Part shown: positions 62,301 through 64,000 of the stretch, in pieces | Numbering within the stretch: the stretch's first letter is position 1 | Layout: every line of letters starts with the position of its first letter | Origin: Octopus vulgaris | Taxonomy: Eukaryota | Reading direction: 5' to 3' | Assembly (NCBI GenBank): GCA_951406725.2 | Contig: OX597816.1 | Coordinates: forward strand, 129,952,001-130,016,000 | Length of the DNA: 64,000 nt | Notes under the pieces: generated by a model | Database searches by the model: none | Told to the model about the DNA's origin: nothing | What the model saw: the letters and a program-made list of their open reading frames with translations, nothing else | Program-made: the position numbers and the translations under genes

Positions 62301-63427
62301 CTCTTTCTAGTTTCATCTTTCATAAAGACTTATCAGGGATTGCTTATAATATCTGTTATTTATAAATAGTTCATACATTAATTGAATTAGTGTCACAAAC
62401 GGTTTCATTTCAGTATAAATTGCACTTTGAATATAAAGCAACAAGTGACTGTTATAGATCTGAACTTACATTTCAACTATGAAGGCAGTAAAATTGGCCA
62501 AGAGAGTAAAGGGAAGATGTCAGATTCTTTAGATTATCTAGTTCAGTCACTGTTTTAGAAATCGAAATGATAAAGGTAACTACCAATACTAACAGAAATG
62601 AAAAAAGCAAGCAGATAAGCTCTTAAAATAAAAGGTTGTGAATTGTAAACTCAATTTTACTGCAAATGTATCACTGTCTCTGTACAAGCCATCTTATTGT
62701 GCATACCCAACTGCAGAGAAGGGCCAGGTCTTCTGGAAAAAAGTTAATTGTAATATAAATATAAATGGCATTGCTGAAAGGATATTTTTCCTATTCGTAT
62801 AATATTACAGAAATTTGAGCTCACTGCATGTCTAGTGGATAACTATGGTTTATAGAAATATTAACTCATCATCATCATTTAATGTCGATCTTCCATGCTG
62901 GCATGGGTTTGGACAGTTCAACAGGATCTGAGAAGCTGGAGGACTACATCAAGCTCCAAGGTCTGCTTTGGTGTGGATGGGGACAGATGATTAAACATGA
63001 GTGGAGGCATAGTCAATGGTGAGTCTCAGTTTGAGAAGTGAGGTAAAGAAAAATAGGAGGGAGTCAACAAGGCAGAGGAAGTGACAGATGGTAGTATATA
63101 ATGGAGAGCAACAGTAAATGAGTGTATGTGTATATATATATATATATATCAGTAATATATGTATGGTAACAAAGTTTATCAACTTCTTGCTCATACATTT
63201 ATAGTGTCAACAAAATATAAAAACTTACTCCACTGTTGATTCATTTGTTTTAGGATAAATCAATTGAAGGCAATGGCACCAAAGGTACAGAAGAAATGCG
63301 CTATGAAGCAGCTTGCCAGAGGCTTGTCAATGAAGCTATCCTGCGACTCACTGCTGATAACGTCACGGTAGTTTTGGTATCCATCTCTCATTTCACTAAG
63401 TTTAATTCTAATTTCTGTTGTCCCTGA
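46257..63427 (+). CDS. ILKAP: Integrin-linked kinase-associated serine/threonine phosphatase 2C (PPM family), 10 coding exons, 1083 nt, about 360 aa
   Basis: N-terminus [10 protein letters not shown] is characteristic of ILKAP. PP2C motifs present: [64 protein letters not shown]. All introns are GT-AG with consistent phase. Confidence 0.96.
47960..48210 (-). mobile_element. SINE-like element: tRNA-derived head (B box GTTCGATTCC) + (AAT)n + hammerhead tail, with inverted duplication of the head
   Basis: Same module order in the copy near 60810-61017; head inverted repeat 48143-48169 / 48184-48210. Confidence 0.7.
48003..48048 (-). ncRNA. Minimal (dimer-type) hammerhead ribozyme motif, Penelope style
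   Basis: Minus strand reads GACAC-CUGAUGA-A-GGCUG(10-nt loop)CAGCC-GAAA-CG-UU-GUGUU; stem III is the palindrome ACGU. Confidence 0.8.
48796..48927. repeat. 132-bp loopless palindrome; each arm carries a damaged U3-A8 hammerhead motif
   Basis: 66-bp arms centred on CTAG (48860-48863), 7 mismatches; flanked by (TA)n. Confidence 0.9.
49255..50502 (-). mobile_element. Full-length mariner element (Hsmar1-like TIRs), pseudogenised
   Basis: TIRs TCAAGTTGGTGCAAGGGTAATGACCGATTT / AAATCGGCCATTACCTTTGCACCAACCTGA, TA flanks; HDNARPH and [16 protein letters not shown] motifs. Confidence 0.93.
51135..51450 (-). mobile_element. RTE-X-like LINE 3' fragment
   Basis: [25 protein letters not shown]...LLLWKP...AMMGREVWR. 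Confidence 0.8.
52240..52980 (-). mobile_element. Decayed CR1/L2-group LINE fragment
   Basis: [10 protein letters not shown] and YCIHI remnants on minus strand. Confidence 0.55.
53081..53227 (+). CDS. ILKAP: ILKAP coding exon 2 ([10 protein letters not shown]...ATKRKA...KQRQS)
   Basis: CAG acceptor, GTATGT donor, phase 1/1; basic KRK NLS-like motif as in vertebrate ILKAP. Confidence 0.85.
54818..54935 (+). CDS. ILKAP: ILKAP coding exon 3 ([19 protein letters not shown])
   Basis: CAG acceptor, GTAAGT donor. Confidence 0.95.
55170..55880 (+). mobile_element. RTE-clade LINE fragment with Cys-rich domain, split by (CT)n
   Basis: [46 protein letters not shown]; short related piece near 50630-50720. 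Confidence 0.8.
56119..56320. repeat. (TA)n/(CA)n compound microsatellite
   Basis: Direct inspection. Confidence 0.95.
57049..57300. mobile_element. Probable solo LTR inserted in a SINE
   Basis: 252 bp, TGTT...AACA ends, flanked by AGGCT on both sides; the flanking repeat may partly come from the host SINE. Confidence 0.6.
57543..57649 (+). CDS. ILKAP: ILKAP coding exon 4 ([13 protein letters not shown]...FPK)
   Basis: TAG acceptor (a possible in-frame CAG lies 6 nt downstream), GTAATA donor. Confidence 0.94.
58303..58396 (+). CDS. ILKAP: ILKAP coding exon 5 ([21 protein letters not shown])
   Basis: CAG acceptor, GTAATT donor. Confidence 0.94.
59656..59743 (+). CDS. ILKAP: ILKAP coding exon 6 ([10 protein letters not shown]...NLGDSK)
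   Basis: TAG acceptor, GTAAAT donor. Confidence 0.96.
59985..60106 (+). CDS. ILKAP: ILKAP coding exon 7 (AILCRY...[13 protein letters not shown])
   Basis: CAG acceptor, GTAATA donor. Confidence 0.96.
60199..60318 (+). CDS. ILKAP: ILKAP coding exon 8 ([20 protein letters not shown])
   Basis: AAG acceptor, GTAAAA donor. Confidence 0.96.
60441..61017. repeat. Inverted pair of hammerhead-tail element copies (60441-60577 minus, 60881-61017 plus) around a SINE, in ILKAP intron 8
   Basis: 137-nt arms, clearly homologous to each other and to 47960-48097. Confidence 0.9.
61988..62069 (+). CDS. ILKAP: ILKAP coding exon 9 ([11 protein letters not shown]...VLE)
   Basis: CAG acceptor, GTAAAT donor. 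Confidence 0.96.
63254..63427 (+). CDS. ILKAP: ILKAP last coding exon (RYEAACQRL...ADNVTV...NFCCP*)
   Basis: TAG acceptor; TGA at 63425-63427. Confidence 0.93.
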   Translation, partial: DKSIEGNGTKGTEEMRYEAACQRLVNEAILRLTADNVTVVLVSISHFTKFNSNFCCP

Positions 63428-64000
63428 TTATTAAAATAATTTTATTAACAACTTGCACTATCATCTTTTCTTTGGTTTGGTTATGGCTTTAGAGTACTTA
63501 GTTAGCCAATATGTGAAACCCTGTTGCTATGCATAGTTGCATTGATCAAACAGAATAACTAAGAGGTTTGCTAATGCTCTATAACATGACAATCAGAAGA
63601 GTGAGGTGTTCCAGATTGCAAAGCAGTGTCAGTATGAATCAAGGCATTGAAAATTGTCCACAAATATAGTGGCACACATCTTCACTGATGTCAAGATGGA
63701 GACATGAAAATGCCATTACACAAATGTTGCTAAATGAGAATAAGTAGGCGAAAGATGGACTGCCTTCAATAGACCCAACAAAAAGAATTCACTACTGAAT
63801 TGAGTAACAATATAGTTGAAATAGCTTTTAACAATATGAAAGTAGGGAAAGCAGTTGGGCAATTAGAGGAGTCACTGAGATGCTGAAAATATCCAAGGAT
63901 GCATGCTAATCACTTGCATAATCAGTCAGTTGGTAGAGGGAGTGATTGTTCCCAGTTGTCTAGCAATATTATTAACTGCTACAAATGCGGTAGTGATACT

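Overview
AT-rich, repeat-dense eukaryotic DNA. The SINE families, microsatellites and intron style suggest an octopus or other coleoid cephalopod; this is an inference. Two intact spliced genes lie head-to-head. CDK5RAP3 (C53/LZAP) is on the minus strand with 14 coding exons (42307 to 23632, about 510 aa). ILKAP (PP2C phosphatase) is on the plus strand with 10 coding exons (46257 to 63427, about 360 aa). I checked all splice sites and intron phases by hand. The rest is decayed mobile DNA: R4/Dong, CRE, CR1-like, RTE and Penelope retroelements, mariner/Tc1 elements (one nested in another), a Helentron-type HINE, piggyBac-like MITEs, a probable solo LTR, many tRNA-derived SINEs and a tRNA-Asn pseudogene. 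The most striking unannotated signal is a set of hammerhead-ribozyme motifs from several unrelated families. One is near-intact and in sense orientation upstream of the CDK5RAP3 start codon (42971-43047). One sits in a SINE-like element that joins a tRNA-derived Pol III head to a Penelope-type minimal hammerhead (about 47960-48210, further copies at 60441-61017). One is a U3-A8 variant folded into a 132-bp palindrome (48796-48927). Several long foldbacks are candidate ADAR substrates. No databases or folding programs were run.
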